From NCBI GenBank assembly GCA_026770705.1, contig JANJGN010000026.1, positions 34,844,001-34,908,000 on the forward strand: DNA of 64,000 nt, given 5' to 3'. The translations under genes were made by a program, and so were the position numbers. The notes beneath the pieces were generated by a model that searched no databases, was not told the origin of the DNA, and was given only the letters and a program-made list of their open reading frames with translations. Origin of the DNA: Isurus oxyrinchus. Taxonomy: Eukaryota. Shown here piece by piece: positions 24,180-37,259 of this stretch (position 1 is its first letter; every line of letters begins with the position of its first letter).

Positions 24180-24560
24180 GAGAATGTGGTCCTAAAACAA
24201 CAGGGATTATCGACATCATAACAGCGGCATAGAGTCTAAAAGCAAGGGAATACTACTGTTCCCCTGGAAAGCACTGGTTCCCCCTCAACTGGAACATTGT
24301 GTCCACTTCCGGGCATCGCACTTTAGGAGAGATGTGAATGGTTTAGAAAGGGCGCAGAGAAGTTTACCAGAATCATCCCAGGGATGCAGGACTTCAGTTA
24401 ATTGGAGAGATTGGGGAAATTGAGCTTGTTCTCCATGGAGAGTGGAAAGTTGAGGATAGATCTGATAGAGGTGCTCAAAATCATGTGGGCCTGGGCTGAG
24501 TAAATCAAAATAAACAATTTCTATAGGTGGAAGGGTAGAGAAGAAGAACAGGAGGTTAGT
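24180..24560 (+). mobile_element. Degenerate CR1 LINE fragment
   Basis: LEHCVHFRASHFRRDVNGLERAQRSLP-like CR1 ORF2 C-terminal sequence. Confidence 0.7.
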
Positions 24561-26029
24561 TTTCGATTCTCTTCCTTGGTGAATGGGCCGTAGAAGGAAG
24601 CAGCTCCGACAATTCTGTGCGGCTGGGAAAGCTCCCTCTCTGTGGCACAGGGAGTGCAGGCGGCACTCTACGAGAATCGTCCGCACATTCGCGGCTGTAC
24701 AAACCATCACTTTTGTTTTTTACGACAGAATGTTTATATTGAAGTCACTTTTCGTATAAATCGAGCTTTTTTACCCGCACACACGCCAGATTTGCACAGC
24801 CTGCTGTATCACACAAACACACACACACGCACACACACAGGGCCGACTGTGTCTCACAGAAACCTACCCTCCGGTTTTCAATGGCTCAGGGCAAAATATT
24901 GTCAGCAGGATAACAGCACGGTGATTGGCTCTTTCTTCCATTGATGCGGGGTCAGGAGGTCACGGCGTATTTTCAGGCTCCGCCCAGCGTTAAAACACCT
25001 TTTACAGCTTGTAAATCGTGCAACGTTTGACTTGGACCTTGGAAGAAGGGTAAAACAGCAAGTTCTTAAAGGGGCTCTGAACTGCTCGAGCTGTTTGGCT
25101 AAGTTTTAGTATTTACGACGGATGATTAGTGGTTGAAATATGGATCGGAAGTAAGTGACATCTTTACTGCAATGATTCAGTGAGGTGGCTGAACATAAAT
25201 TGCTTATTTTTAATAACTAAAAACGATTTCGTACAGTCAAGACTTAACGTAGAAACAATAGTTTTCAAGGAGTACATGCCATCAATTCAATGCAATGTTG
25301 TTATAAAAAACACCATCTGGATCGTGTTTATCACTGTATCCTCTTAAAGCACAGCATATGGACTTGGGAATACAACAATAATTAGGGCCTGGTGAATGCT
25401 AACAGAGAAAGCGCCTAGTGTAACAACCAAAGAGGAAGTGGAAAATAAGGGGGATCCATTAAAACATTCACAGAGAAAGAGCCTAGCATCATAATCAAGG
25501 AGCCTTGGACTGGTACAAAAATGTCCTACTATTTCCTTACGTGACTTAATCCCAATTTTGTTTTATTGTCCCCGTGTGAGGCGATTTGTAACATTTAAAA
25601 TGTTTTAAAATGACATAATATATGTTAAACGTGTGTAAATGCGTGTTGTTGTTGTGAGATTACGCTTTATGTTGTTCTAATGCTGCCATAGCTTGCGTTG
25701 TGTGGATATCATTATACTGACTGAGTAAGTTAACATAAGTAGTTATGTTTCAGTTCTTTGTCGCTTTCATGAGAAAACCAGATGAATATTTACTTTTTGA
25801 GGTGCCGCTGCTTTGTTCTAATGGTTTTGCTACTCAGTGTTCTGAAACATTTTCCTCTGGCCAGAGCTGGTTGAGTGAGGAAGCAAATGCTGTTGTTTTG
25901 TTTCATACATGACAAAATCCCCAGTATATAACCAACATCAGACGTATTTGCAGAAAAATCGTTGAGGCTGAGCAAAGGAATTTACAATTTAGCAGAGACC
26001 TTTCATGGGAATCACGTCATGTTTCGGGA

Positions 26030-26415
26030 ACGGGAGCTCATGGTTACGTCACTGGATTAATGATCCAGAGGCCTGAGCCAATGACACGAGTTCCAATTCT
26101 AATTCTACTAATTAATTTCAATGGAGATAATAAATAACTCTGGAATAAAGTTGCAGTACCAGAAACAGTGATCAGGTAACTACCAGATCATCGCAATAAA
26201 CTCTACCCAGTTCAGTAACGTCCTTCAGGGAAGGAAATCTGCTCTGGCCCAGATATGATTCCAGATCCACAACAATGTGGTTGAACGTTAACGGCCTTCT
26301 TAAATGACTCAGAAAACCACTGAATCGGCAAGTGGCGGCTCGCCACCCTCTGAAAGGCAATCAGTGATGGACAATAATGCTGTTGCTCCAATGTCGCCCA
26401 AATCGAATAAATGAA
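26030..26415 (+). mobile_element. Shark tRNA-derived SINE (HE1-like); reverse copies at ~37800-38180 and ~44960-45180
   Basis: Shared core CCTTCAGGGAAGGAAATCTG...CCAGATCCACAACAATGTGGTTGA among the three copies. Confidence 0.6.
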
Positions 26416-29000
26416 TGAATAAAAAGGGCCTGGGCGCAGGAGGGGCTAGAGCGCTAACCCTACACTCGGAAAGATGGAAGGTAAGTCGAAACCGCTGTTA
26501 ACTTGAGAATCAGGCATTGTGCCGAGCCGTGCAGCACTGGAACAGACAGACACCTGAACACATCAGCAGCTACCTGCGTGTAAATGAACAATGGGCAAGT
26601 TCCATGTTTCTGCCTTTATGTGCAGCTCTAACTGAGCATGATAAGGTTATAGTGATAGGCAACGCTTAGATATGTACCAAAAAGCTGCAAAATTTGCATT
26701 CTGCTCAGTGCGAGATGAAACGTGGTGAATGGGAAATTCAAATAGAACCAAGCGTTCCTGACATTGGAGAGGCATAAAATCGGGGACCTGCGTTGGAGTA
26801 TCCATTTGAAGCCCTGGGGATCGCCAGACTGGTGTCAATACGAAAGATTTTTCTATTCGATCCGGCCCAAAAACGGTTCCTGCCTCATGGGAGTCAAAGG
26901 ATATCGGGGGCAGGAGGGAATGTGGCGCTGAGGCCGTAATGAGATCGGCCATGATCTTATCAAATGGCGAAGAAGGCTAGATGGGCCGAATGGCTTGTCT
27001 CTGCTCCTGATTCGTTTGTTTGTATGTCCCTGAAACATTCGCCCAAGGCTACTGAATTAATAGTTTAGTGGCATAGCCACTATGGTTACCTTCTATTCAT
27101 TGCTGTTACAGGGCACAGATCGGCACGCTCCATACTTCAGCCGCCCAAACGTCAGAATTCACCTGGGAGTGAAGATAAATGTCAGGGTAAAATTGTTTTT
27201 TCCTGTTGCTCAGAGAGAGAGAGATTCCAAGCAAAATTCAAACCATGCCGGATGTTTTCTTCAATCATTGTGCACTGTCCCAAAGAAGAATTTCAGCGCC
27301 AATATTTGGTTTGACTCCCTTGGGGATTGAATTGCCTTTTGGCCAATGGGGGGTGAAGAGTGGGAAAAGAACTACGGACATGATTCTGGTTACATCTAGC
27401 GGTCCAGACTAACGGCTTTTAATTATTTTAAACAACGATTGCTCTGGGTCCGAACTGCAGCCCCGCCTCTTCATTAGGGTCACAGGGCCTGAAAATTATC
27501 GCTCCCATTTTGAGGCCCTCTAAAGGCAAGTGGTATTCATGAAAATCGCCTCATCTTTATTTTATTGATCCAAATTATATCACCTTGGACACCAGCAATT
27601 TGCTGATTTAATTAATGCCATCAGAATGTTAAAGAATGTCATGCATCCACACTTACAGGTAGCATCGCCACCGGGATCTGAGATACATGATCCACTCCAG
27701 GGGGCTGCTCAGCACTGAGTACCAAAAAATTACTGAAAGTTTTCTTGTTTACATATCCAGCTGGACGATGTGTGATGACCTGGGAGGTGATCATTGTCAT
27801 GCTATATATACGTGGTCATTTGCTCTTACAGCTGCAGATTTACATATGGCACCAGGTGTGCTCCATTCACGCTGCGGTGTGATTGATGTCTTTCGGGAAG
27901 ATCAGATAGGTTTGTGTACAAGAACACCAGAGATAGAAGCAGCAGAAGACCATGCAGCACGCCGAGCCAGCTCCTCCGTTAAATGAAATCATGGCTGATC
28001 CAGGGCTTCTATCCGCTTTCCGCCGGGTCCACATGTCATTTGACTCTCTGAGACGTCAGAAATCTGTCTATTCAAATCTGAAATTTTCTCAACAATGAAA
28101 CATCCACAGACATCTGGGTATAGAAATGCAAAAATGCACAAAATGTCTGCTGATCTCCATCCGAAATGATCGCTCTCTTATCCCGAGTCTGTTCCTGGAT
28201 GCTTTAGATTTTCCAGCCAGCGGGAAAACCCTCCGCATGTCTATCCCGTCAAGCCCCTTGAGAATAGTGTTTGTTTCCATGAGATTACCTCTCATTCTTC
28301 TAAATTCCTGAAAATATAAGACGAAGTTATTTCGCCTTTCATCGTCGGGCAATAAACATCATACTTCAGCAAGAAATGAAACGTAGACATATGGCCTCCA
28401 AACTAGCATTTGGTTCTCCTCCAATTGCATACACCCGACACGTCCTGCTTCCTAAACATCCTCCAGTGGAATCCTAACGAGCCAGTTTAAACAATGTCAC
28501 AGAGTACATTTCAACAACAGAAAGATAATTAGTATGTCTACTGTATTTAGAGGAAATGCCCTGTAACATGACGGAATATCCAAAAGTTGAGTGCCAAATA
28601 TTACAAGTAACCTCGAGGCCTTCAGCTATTATGTCCTAAGCCCTCTTAAATTCACTCCCTAAAACTCTCCGCCTCTCTACTGCACTCTCTTCCTTAAAAC
28701 ATCCCTTAAACCTATCTCATTCTCATTCTTTTTCGTCATTTGGCATAATTTCTCCTTATGTGGTTGGATGTCAAATTTTGATGTATCACTCCCCTGTCAT
28801 GCGTTTGGGCTACTTTTTTACGTTAAAGGCGCTACATAAATGCAGCCTATCCGTGTTGTTTATGTTGAAATAGAGGTGACATTGAAAAGATATTAATCAT
28901 TGACTTGGTTGTCTTCTACAAACGAGGATGAAGTATCAAAAGCCTGTAACATTCACGTCCCTGCTTGAACATTACAATGTTAATTTTGTTTTTCTCTCAG

Positions 29001-29893
29001 TTAACGTGGTGACGATTGTGATCTATCCTGAGGAAGGTGTGGCCTCTCCAAATGTATCACTCAGTACCTGGTGTCCATGGCAGTGATGGATCTCCTAGTT
29101 GTTGTGAGCGCTGTGATATTCAATCGGACCATTGGCATTTATGTTCCCGTTAGTTTTATGGCCATGCCTCCAGCCTGCGCTAATCTACTCAGCCATGAAG
29201 AGTTCTGTCCGGTTAACCGTCGCTTTCACCTTTGAACGATACATTGCCATTTGCTTCCAAAAGCTGAAAACAAATTATTGCACCGAGAGAGTGGCGGCTG
29301 TGGTTATAGAAACTGTCGGTCTGTTAAGCTGTTTAAAAAGTGTTCCCTGGTACTTTATGTATGAGCCACTCTATATAATGAACAATGTACCGTGGTTTTG
29401 TAATGTAATATCAAGCTTCTACACTTCACTCGCATGGACAGCCTATGATTGGTTTGCAGGTGTTTTAAATCCAGGTCTGCCATTCCTCCTGATCCTGTTG
29501 TTCAATGCTCTGACCGTCAGGCACATCCCTGCGACCAATGCAGCCCACAGGAGACTCCGGGCTCACAGCAGCGGAGAGAAGCAGAGTGATCCAGAGATGG
29601 AGAACCGGAGAAAATCAATTGTTTTACTCTTTACCACCTTGGGAAGCTTCATCCTGTTGTGGATGACGTATGTTGTAGATTTCCTGTCTGTGAAAATTAC
29701 AAACGAACCTTATTTCACAGGTTCCAATTTCGATGACCCCAAATTCATTCGCCAAGAATTTGGAAACATGCTTCAGCTCCTGAGCTGCTGCACCAACATG
29801 TGTATTTATGCAGTGACCCAGAGAAAATTCAGAGAAGAGCTGAAAAATGCAGCAAAGTATCCTTAGAATCTAATTGTGAAGTTAGTAAACTAG
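29001..29893 (+). pseudogene. GPR139/GPR142-like class A GPCR pseudogene (main exon)
   Basis: After acceptor 28999-29000: VNVVTIVI / S*GRCGLSKCITQYLVSMAVMDLLVV, LTVAFTFERYIAIC, LPFLLILLFNALTVRHI, SDPEMENRRKSIVLL, NMCIYAVTQRKFREEL. Frameshifts, a CGA->TGA stop, and a probably premature TAG at 29864. Confidence 0.85.
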
Positions 29894-30829
29894 GAAAGTC
29901 ACAGGCTTGAGTTTCGGACACTCGTCAAAATGTATACTTTTATCTATGCGTTTTTCTCCCTGACATGTGGGGTGAAAATGGTCTTGTACAGCCGTGTAAA
30001 ACGGGCTCTAAACAACCTGCCACCAGTTTGCATCCTGTTTCACTGACATGTCAAGTGAAGAAAATCGGACTGGATGTAAAATCCACAGCCGGTTTGTGAT
30101 CGCCAGGCTTGTGTGACTAGCCCCTCCAATCCTGTTGCGTCCTCCTTTAGAGGTTTCTCCATAAGAAGATAAGAAATGGGAATAGGGAGGGCCATGTAAT
30201 TCCTCCAGCCTGCACTTCATTTAATACAATCGTGACCGAACTTCAATATCAAAGCCACGATTCTGCTCTGTCCCTTCATCCACTGATTCCCTTAGTGCCC
30301 CAAACTCCATCAGCTTCAAACTTGAATATGCTCAGTAACTCAATGCCCACAGTCCGCTCTCATAGAGAATCCAAACATTGGCAACTCTTAAATTTCTCAT
30401 CATTCAAGTCCCACATTCCTTATGCTGAAACTATGACCGTATCTAGATGAAGAAACACCTTCTCGGTGTCTGCTTGTCAAGTTCCCAAAGAAATTGAAAC
30501 ATTTCAATGAGATCACTTCTCATGCTCCGAAACTCTGAGACTAGAGGCCCATTCTACTCAATCTTCACCCTGTCTCCCTGGCACAAAACAGCTCTGTCCC
30601 AGTTCCTTCCTCCAGATCCTGAAGGATAGTGTAACCTGGTGGATTTTCAGGTCAGTAAAGTTCACAAATGAACTCCTGAAATTGCAGTACATTACTTGGT
30701 GATGCATATTTACATGGGCCATTAAAGTATTTCAAACGAATGTGTTAACAGCTGTAAGGAATCATTTACACACTAATCTCAAGCCTTCAAGAAGGAAATT
30801 TACCATCGGCAGATATGTCTTCCTATGAA

Positions 30830-31800
30830 TATTCCAAGTTCTCTTTAAGGAAACATATTTGCCCTGTACTCCCGCTATTCCCTCCTTGGATGTCGCCCAC
30901 TGCTCTGACACAGTTTTCCCTGCTCGTAGCTGCTTCCAGTCCAGTTGGGCGAAATCGTATCTCATCTTTGTAAAGTCAGCCTTTCTCCAGTTTAGAACTT
31001 TTATTCCCGGCCCAACCTTATACATTTCCACATATATCCTAAATCTAACTGAGCAATGATCATTATCCACAAAATGCTCCCCTACTTTCCGCCTGCCCGA
31101 GCTCATTTCCAAACATTAGGTCCAGAACTGCCCCGTTTCCTTGTTAGGTTTTTTACATACTGGCCAAAAAATGTTCTCCTGGATGCAGCTTAAGAATTTT
31201 GCTCCCTCCCTAACTTGCATACCTAGACTCTCCCAGTTAAAATTTGGGTAGTATAAATCCTCTACTATTGCTGCCTTATTGTTCTTACACTGCTCCGAAA
31301 TTTGATTGAATATTCAATTCTTTATCTCTCCCTAACTATTTGGGGGTGTAAACTCCACAACCAGCAGCGAGTTTGCCCCTTTTACCTAATTTGATGATCC
31401 CTCCAGGATATTATCCCTCCTCACTGCTAAAATTGATTTCTAGATCAGTATTGGGACCCGCCACCTTCTTTTATCCCTCTCTCGATCTCGTCTGAATACC
31501 TGAGAACCAAAAATGTTGAGCTGCTAATCCTGCCCTTCTTTTAGCCAAGTCTAATTCATAACTATGATATCGTACTCCCACGTACCTATCTGTGCCCTCA
31601 GCTCGTCTGTCTTATTCCTCAGACTCCATGCATTAAAATATATTCAATTTAGCCTTGCTAAACTCACTTCTTTCTTATCTAGCCTATGATCTCTCTGCCT
31701 TCCAGATCACTTACTATCGTTTTAACTTCTAATTCCATCTCAGCTTGTCTCCCCATTGAACTACGTTTCAGGATCCCATCACCCTGCCAATTTAGTTTAA
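30830..31800 (-). mobile_element. CR1 LINE ORF2 5' (endonuclease-linker) fragment
   Basis: GEHFVDNDHCSVRFRI...KVLNWRKADFTKMRYD on the minus strand. Confidence 0.75.
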
Positions 31801-32089
31801 ATCCAATTCAATTTAAATCCATTCATCGCTACATTGAGGGACTTCCTGAAAGATCACAACAAAGCACAACACTCAATAAGAGGAGGTCAGGAACATTTGC
31901 AGAATTAGATTAGATGATTTCAATTCGTATTTATAATATAACCGAACTTTATAAGTTTATTTACTTCAATTTACATGATGTATTTTACTGCAGTATCTGT
32001 GCCTGACTGTCATATTTAGCAACCCTTCCCCACCTCCCCTGTCAGTGTCCTCCATCCTTTGGCCACGGCCTGTTCACGGACTTCATTCA

Positions 32090-32846
32090 GAACCATAGAA
32101 CCATAGGAAAGTTACAGCACAGAAGGAGGACATTCGGCCCATCTTGTCCATTCCAGCCCGAGGACACCCAGGTGCCCTATCTAATCCCAACTTTCTGCAC
32201 CTGGCCCATAGGCCGGCAGCTTACAGCACTAAAGGCGCAGATCCAGGTACTTTTAAAAAGAGTTTAGAGTTTCTGCCTGGACCACTAACTTGGGCAGCGA
32301 ATTCCAGACACCCAGTACCATCTGCATAAAAAAGTTCTTCCTTATGTCCCCCCTACATCTTCTGCCATTTATCCTGAATCTATCTTCCCTGGTTCTCGAA
32401 GTCTCCATCAAGGGAAACAACTTTATCCTGTCCACTGTATCTATTCCCCTCATTATTTTGTACACCTCAATCAACTCACCTCTTAGCTTTCTTGGTTCTA
32501 AGGAAAGTAACCCCCAATCTATCCAATCTCTCCTCGTAACTACACTTTTCTAACCCTGGCAACATTCTTGTAAACCTCCTCTGCACTCTCTCCAGAGCTA
32601 TTACGTCCTTCCTGTAATGTGGTGATCAAAACGGCACACAATACTCCAGTTGTGGCCTCACCAGTGTTTTCTATAATTCCAACATTATATCTTTACTTTT
32701 ATATTCTATACCTCTGCCAATGAAGGAGAACATTCCATATGCCTTATTTACAACCTTGTCTGCTTGAACTGCTGCCTTCAGGGAACTGTGTGCTTGTACA
32801 CCAATATCTCTCACTTCATCTACCCCTCTCAGTATATTCCAATTTA
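32090..32846 (-). mobile_element. CR1 LINE 3' end, inserted after the block duplication
   Basis: IEVYKIMRGIDTVDRIKLFPL...WNSLP; absent from the paralogous block near 58.7 kb. Confidence 0.85.
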
Positions 32847-33481
32847 AGCAGGGTGTGTTGCTGAGTCAGAGAGTATTTATACAAAATGAACAGATTTCAC
32901 AAGGTAGTGCCTGTGATCTTTAAAGCAAACCCCACATGTAGATGATCCTTAGAATATTTCCTTAATGCTGGAATGTTTTCTGTCACCATTAACAATCCAG
33001 AGTTTGCTGGCGACAACAAACAGACCAGGATTAACAGGCCCGCTCCCCACGCCCTCCCCCCCAGCCCCATCTCCACAAGTGCAGCCATTCTCCTATTAGG
33101 CCAATGACTGTAGTCCAGCTCGCGGTGTTTCCAGTCAGTGTCAGTCAGCTCACGACCGATGGATCTCCCAGGCCCATGGAGACACAAGGAAGTGAAGAGA
33201 GAGCATCCTGAGACACGACAGCAAATTATTGGGGATGGGGATTAGAATGCGTGTCTTCGAATCTGATTCTGTGATCGTCTCTAGGTCGAACTGGATTCTA
33301 CAGTTTGCTTTCCGGGCACTTCTGGAAACAATTGATGACAGTTAGATCCGAGGTTAATTTGGCTTCCTCTTGGTGTGTGTTTGAGCGGCTGACAGCGTCG
33401 GTGCGCCTTGCAGACTGGAACTCCTTTCCACAGCCTGAACGCAGTTTTTGTACAGGGGTGAGATTGCTTTCCATCACTGTG

Positions 33482-33947
33482 AGTCTAAGAGCGCAGTAAT
33501 ATACGGCAGCTTCAGTCAGCCACAGACTCCAGATGGTCAAGCTGGTGAATTTGCTCGCGGTTTGGAGCTTGACTGAGAAACGGCTTTTGGCAAAATCAGC
33601 TTTATCTTCAGCACCGGCCGAGTGTTTCCACAATATAAACTCGGGCTGCGAATCTGGGTGTTTCCGGTGCCAGTATAAGTAATAGCCGCTCGTTGTAGTG
33701 TCATAGGTACAGCTTAAAGTCACCGCATCACCTTCTGTCTTTAGACCTGAGGACAGCAGCTGAGTGACAGAATCTCCATGACTCAGATCTGAAAAACATG
33801 TTCAAGCTGAAAAATATCAGGTCGAGGACTGGTTAAAATTCACGTTTAAATAATTCTTGAAAAATGAGAGAAAATATAAAATACGTGTGGTCCACAATTA
33901 TCTGTCAGAAATGCTCCCCAAACAACCCAGATGCGGAGTAGCCGCAT
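33482..33947 (-). CDS. TCR alpha/delta V, open V exon (33788-33482) but leader donor mutated GT->AT
   Basis: Leader MRLLRIWVVWGAFLT 33947-33902 followed by ATAATT; DLSHGDSVTQ...TLSCTYDTTTSGYYLYWHRKHPDSQPEFIL...AVYYCALR; RSS CACAGTG-23-ACAAAAACT (33481-33443). Confidence 0.85.
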
Positions 33948-35443
33948 TGTCGCTGTCCGCTCTGTGAAAGGGGAGTTGGTTATTTGAAGATACCCGTTCT
34001 AAACCCCAGCCTTAATAACCTGCTGTCCTGTCTCAGGATGTTCTCATCTCAGTACCTGTGCCCCCAGTGGTGATGTCTGGACGCCAGTTGGTGAGCTGGC
34101 TCCCAATGCATTGAAACATCCCGAACTGGGCTACAGTCAGTGTTCTTATAGGTGAAATGGTTTCACAGTTAGACACGTGAGGCAGGAGACTGAAACCCTT
34201 GTTTAGTTACTGTAACCGGGAACATAAAGTTGCTGATAGTGTTTGTTATTCTGGTGTGAATCCTTCAGCTCCAGTTCCAGTAGTCTTAACAACAGGACAC
34301 AGGTAACCGTGACTCCAGTGAGGTTTCCCTCCTCAATCAATAAAATAGTGAACTAACAGTCATTTCGCATTTTTCCAGAGTGGTTTTTAGATTCGTTATG
34401 TTGAAAGATGAAATCTGCTGTTACTGAACATACAACTGAGTAAAATAAATAATAAACTCTGGCTGTAATTTAATCAATGTTACCAGAACTGCCCTCTTTT
34501 TTAAAGTTTGCATTTAAAATTCTGTTTCAGTTTGTTCTATTGAATTCTGACATCAGTTGTGTCCGTGATGATTAATCTAAGCATCCATAATCTACAAAAT
34601 TAGAGGATTAGAATTTGTGACGAGAGAGAATTTGGGGTCCGGCGCATCTGTGCATTTTTTTTGCAATTTGCCTCTCATCAGTCTAAAGTGCTTGGGAACA
34701 GAGCGCAGCGAGCGGGTTCAAAGCCTCCAGAGTGAAGTGTCGAGCGCGTTTTCATGAACAGGAACACAACACCAGCAGGACTGTTTTTACAACTTTAGCA
34801 GGGTTAGGAAAAAGCAGTGGAGCTGAAAAAGAAATAAACCACATAAGTTTTTAGTTTGTCTTGCGTTCCTTTAACACCCATTTCCACCATTGGTGCAGTT
34901 AGAATTATTGCGATCGGACGCCCTCTTTTGGGCGCTCTGAGAAATTTTCGGGCGCCGTTCGTCAGGTGACAAGAGATTCTATGTTTCAGCACTGACCTGA
35001 TGTGACAATTCATTGTCGTATTGTTCGTTTGAGCGGTCCCGACTTAATATTCTGAGGAGAAGCAAAGGTTTTATATAATTAAACTAAAGGCTGCAACAAG
35101 GATGGGGGAAGTGTTCTGAGTAAAAAGTGAAGACAAGCCATGAAAGGCAAGGGAAAGGCAAAATACATTAAAAGGCAAAAGGCCAGTTCAGGTTCGACAG
35201 GTGTATCTGTAAATTTTATTTTTATTATAGATGTGAGCTTTTGAAATAATTTTACAAGTGGAACTCGCCTGTTCTTGTTCAGTGTTGTGCTTCATTTCAG
35301 TTTTTAAAAATCCCTGTGAATCTCACGTGGTGGCTGATTTAGTGCATTCGTTTTATTGGTGCGGCAGCGCCCTCTAGTGACTCTAACCGGAACTCCCAGT
35401 GTGGGTTTTTGTACAGTATCCGCTGTACCTCTGCAGCACTGTG

Positions 35444-35902
35444 GGGCTCATGGCACAGAAATACATGGCGGTGTCCGAGAACAGGGCATTGCTAGTCGTT
35501 AACTCAGTAGCTTTGGCAGCTTTACTAAACGTAGAAGAGAATTGGTCTGTAAAGTTTGGCTTCCGCTTTGCTATCCCCCCCACAGAGGTAAATCACAAAC
35601 TGTGGGGGCTACCCGGGCTGCTGACTGTAACACTGGGCGAGGATCACTTGTTTTCAAGGTGCAGTTTATGACGTCATTCCCTTCCACTTTAACTGTCATT
35701 TCAGGTACCGACTGCTCCACTGAATCGTCATGACTCCATTCTGACATAGACAATGACGATATTTAACGTTGCATCATCAGGACAAGCATTTTGCCATAAA
35801 TAATGCTTGCGATACGGCAGCCAGGGGGAGAATTACTTTGTACTGGGAAATATACTTACTGAGAAGTGACATAATAACGAATGGTCTGAGATAGTCCCAC
35901 AT
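35444..35902 (-). pseudogene. TCR alpha/delta V pseudogene
   Basis: Leader MWDYLRPFVIMSLL 35902-35860; exon 35740-35444 with a frameshifting deletion at CDR1/FR2 and a TAG; ends DTAMYFCAMS; RSS CACAGTG-24-ACAAAAACC (35443-35404). Confidence 0.9.
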
Positions 35903-36754
35903 GATGCTCCCTGCATCTGTTACTCTGTTGACCACAAATCCTCTGTCAGGGTAGAAATAGAGGTCTCCTCCCCACTGGACTCCTGATCCAACCAATGTCA
36001 AACAGGGAAAAGCGGCAACAATCTCTCCAATGAAACAGGGCAGCCAAGGCAGGTCAGAGCGAGAACAGCAGAAGGAAGCTGTGCGCGGGGCTACTGCAGG
36101 CAGCGTTGTCACATGTAGGATTTATCTACAAGGAACTGAACTCAATAATAATCACAGCATCGAAAATTATATAACTATTCCTCTCTGTAAGAACTGTAGC
36201 TTAATCTTCATTCCATATTGATGGCCAGCAGGCTCGCAAAAGCAGAGTCAGAGTTAGTAAATTATTCAATAATAAGCGTCATCTTCATCAGCGATGCGGA
36301 TTGAAACCAGGACCGCATACATGAGCAACAGGTTTCGGAGTGGTTCTGAATTAATGTATAAGATAGTAGAAAAAGCTTTAAACGTTTATATTAGTGAGGG
36401 AAAACGGAAATGTATGCAGTTTTCAGAAAAGACTGAAGACACGAATGATAAGAAACATTTAGGAAGGGAAAGGTGTCGAAAACCAAAAAGGGGAAATAAG
36501 GCAGCGCAGACCGATTTTTCAATCTCATATCTAATAAAAATACAACGTGCAATCACAAACCAATATGACTGTGCAAGTGGACCTCACCTGCTGCTGCTAT
36601 TGAGTCCTGTGTTTTGTTGCAATTTTCAGAATCTCCCTGTTACTCTCACTGTGGAAACTGAATTACCGGTGTGTGCGCGCCCTCTGGTGAACACATGGTG
36701 GTACTGCCAGTGAGGGTTTTTGTACGGGATCCGCTATATCTCTGCAGCAGTGTG

Positions 36755-37259
36755 GGCTCCATGGCACAGAAATACACGGCGCTGTCGGGTGTCAATGTGT
36801 TACTGATCGTTAGCTCGGTAATCTTGTTATTTTTATTCAACGTGGAAGAAAACCGATCATTGAGGTGGGTGTCCCTTTGCACACTCTGGCCAATAAGACG
36901 AAACATGTACATTGGAGGTTTCCCGGGGCGCTGACTGTACCAGTGTGCATAAGGGTTAGAATCACTTGTTTTGAAGGTGCAAGTTAGTGTGACATTACTT
37001 TCCTCTTCAGCAGTTATTTCGTCAACCGGCTGCTCCACTGTGTCTTGATGACTCCATTCTAACAGAAATAATAATAAAAACGACAATCAGTATCAGCCCC
37101 ATACTAATCAACATAATCATCATCAACACCATCATTATTATTTGACCAACAATAACATCTGGGTAGTAGCAGCTAGGAGGAGAATGGAGTTTTACTGGGA
37201 AGGAAACACTTACTGACAAGTGACATAATGATGAGGATAGGAGCTAGACTGTTCCCCAT
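36755..37259 (-). CDS. TCR alpha/delta V, apparently functional (leader 37259-37214, V 37058-36755)
   Basis: MGNSLAPILIIMSLV(K)WSHQDTVEQPVDEITAEEESNVTLTCTFKTSDSNPYAHWYSQRPGKPPMYMF...DSAVYFCAME; RSS CACACTG-24-ACAAAAACC (36754-36715). Confidence 0.92.

Noticed and set aside
24580-25060. CpG-rich patch with CCAAT and GC box as a promoter
   Set aside because: No downstream leader or first exon could be tied to it; motif evidence alone is weak.
29132-29866. 244-aa ORF as a functional GPCR
   Set aside because: Its start is an artefact of a frameshift; the upstream TM1-2 region has a deletion and a stop, and the C-terminus appears to end prematurely.
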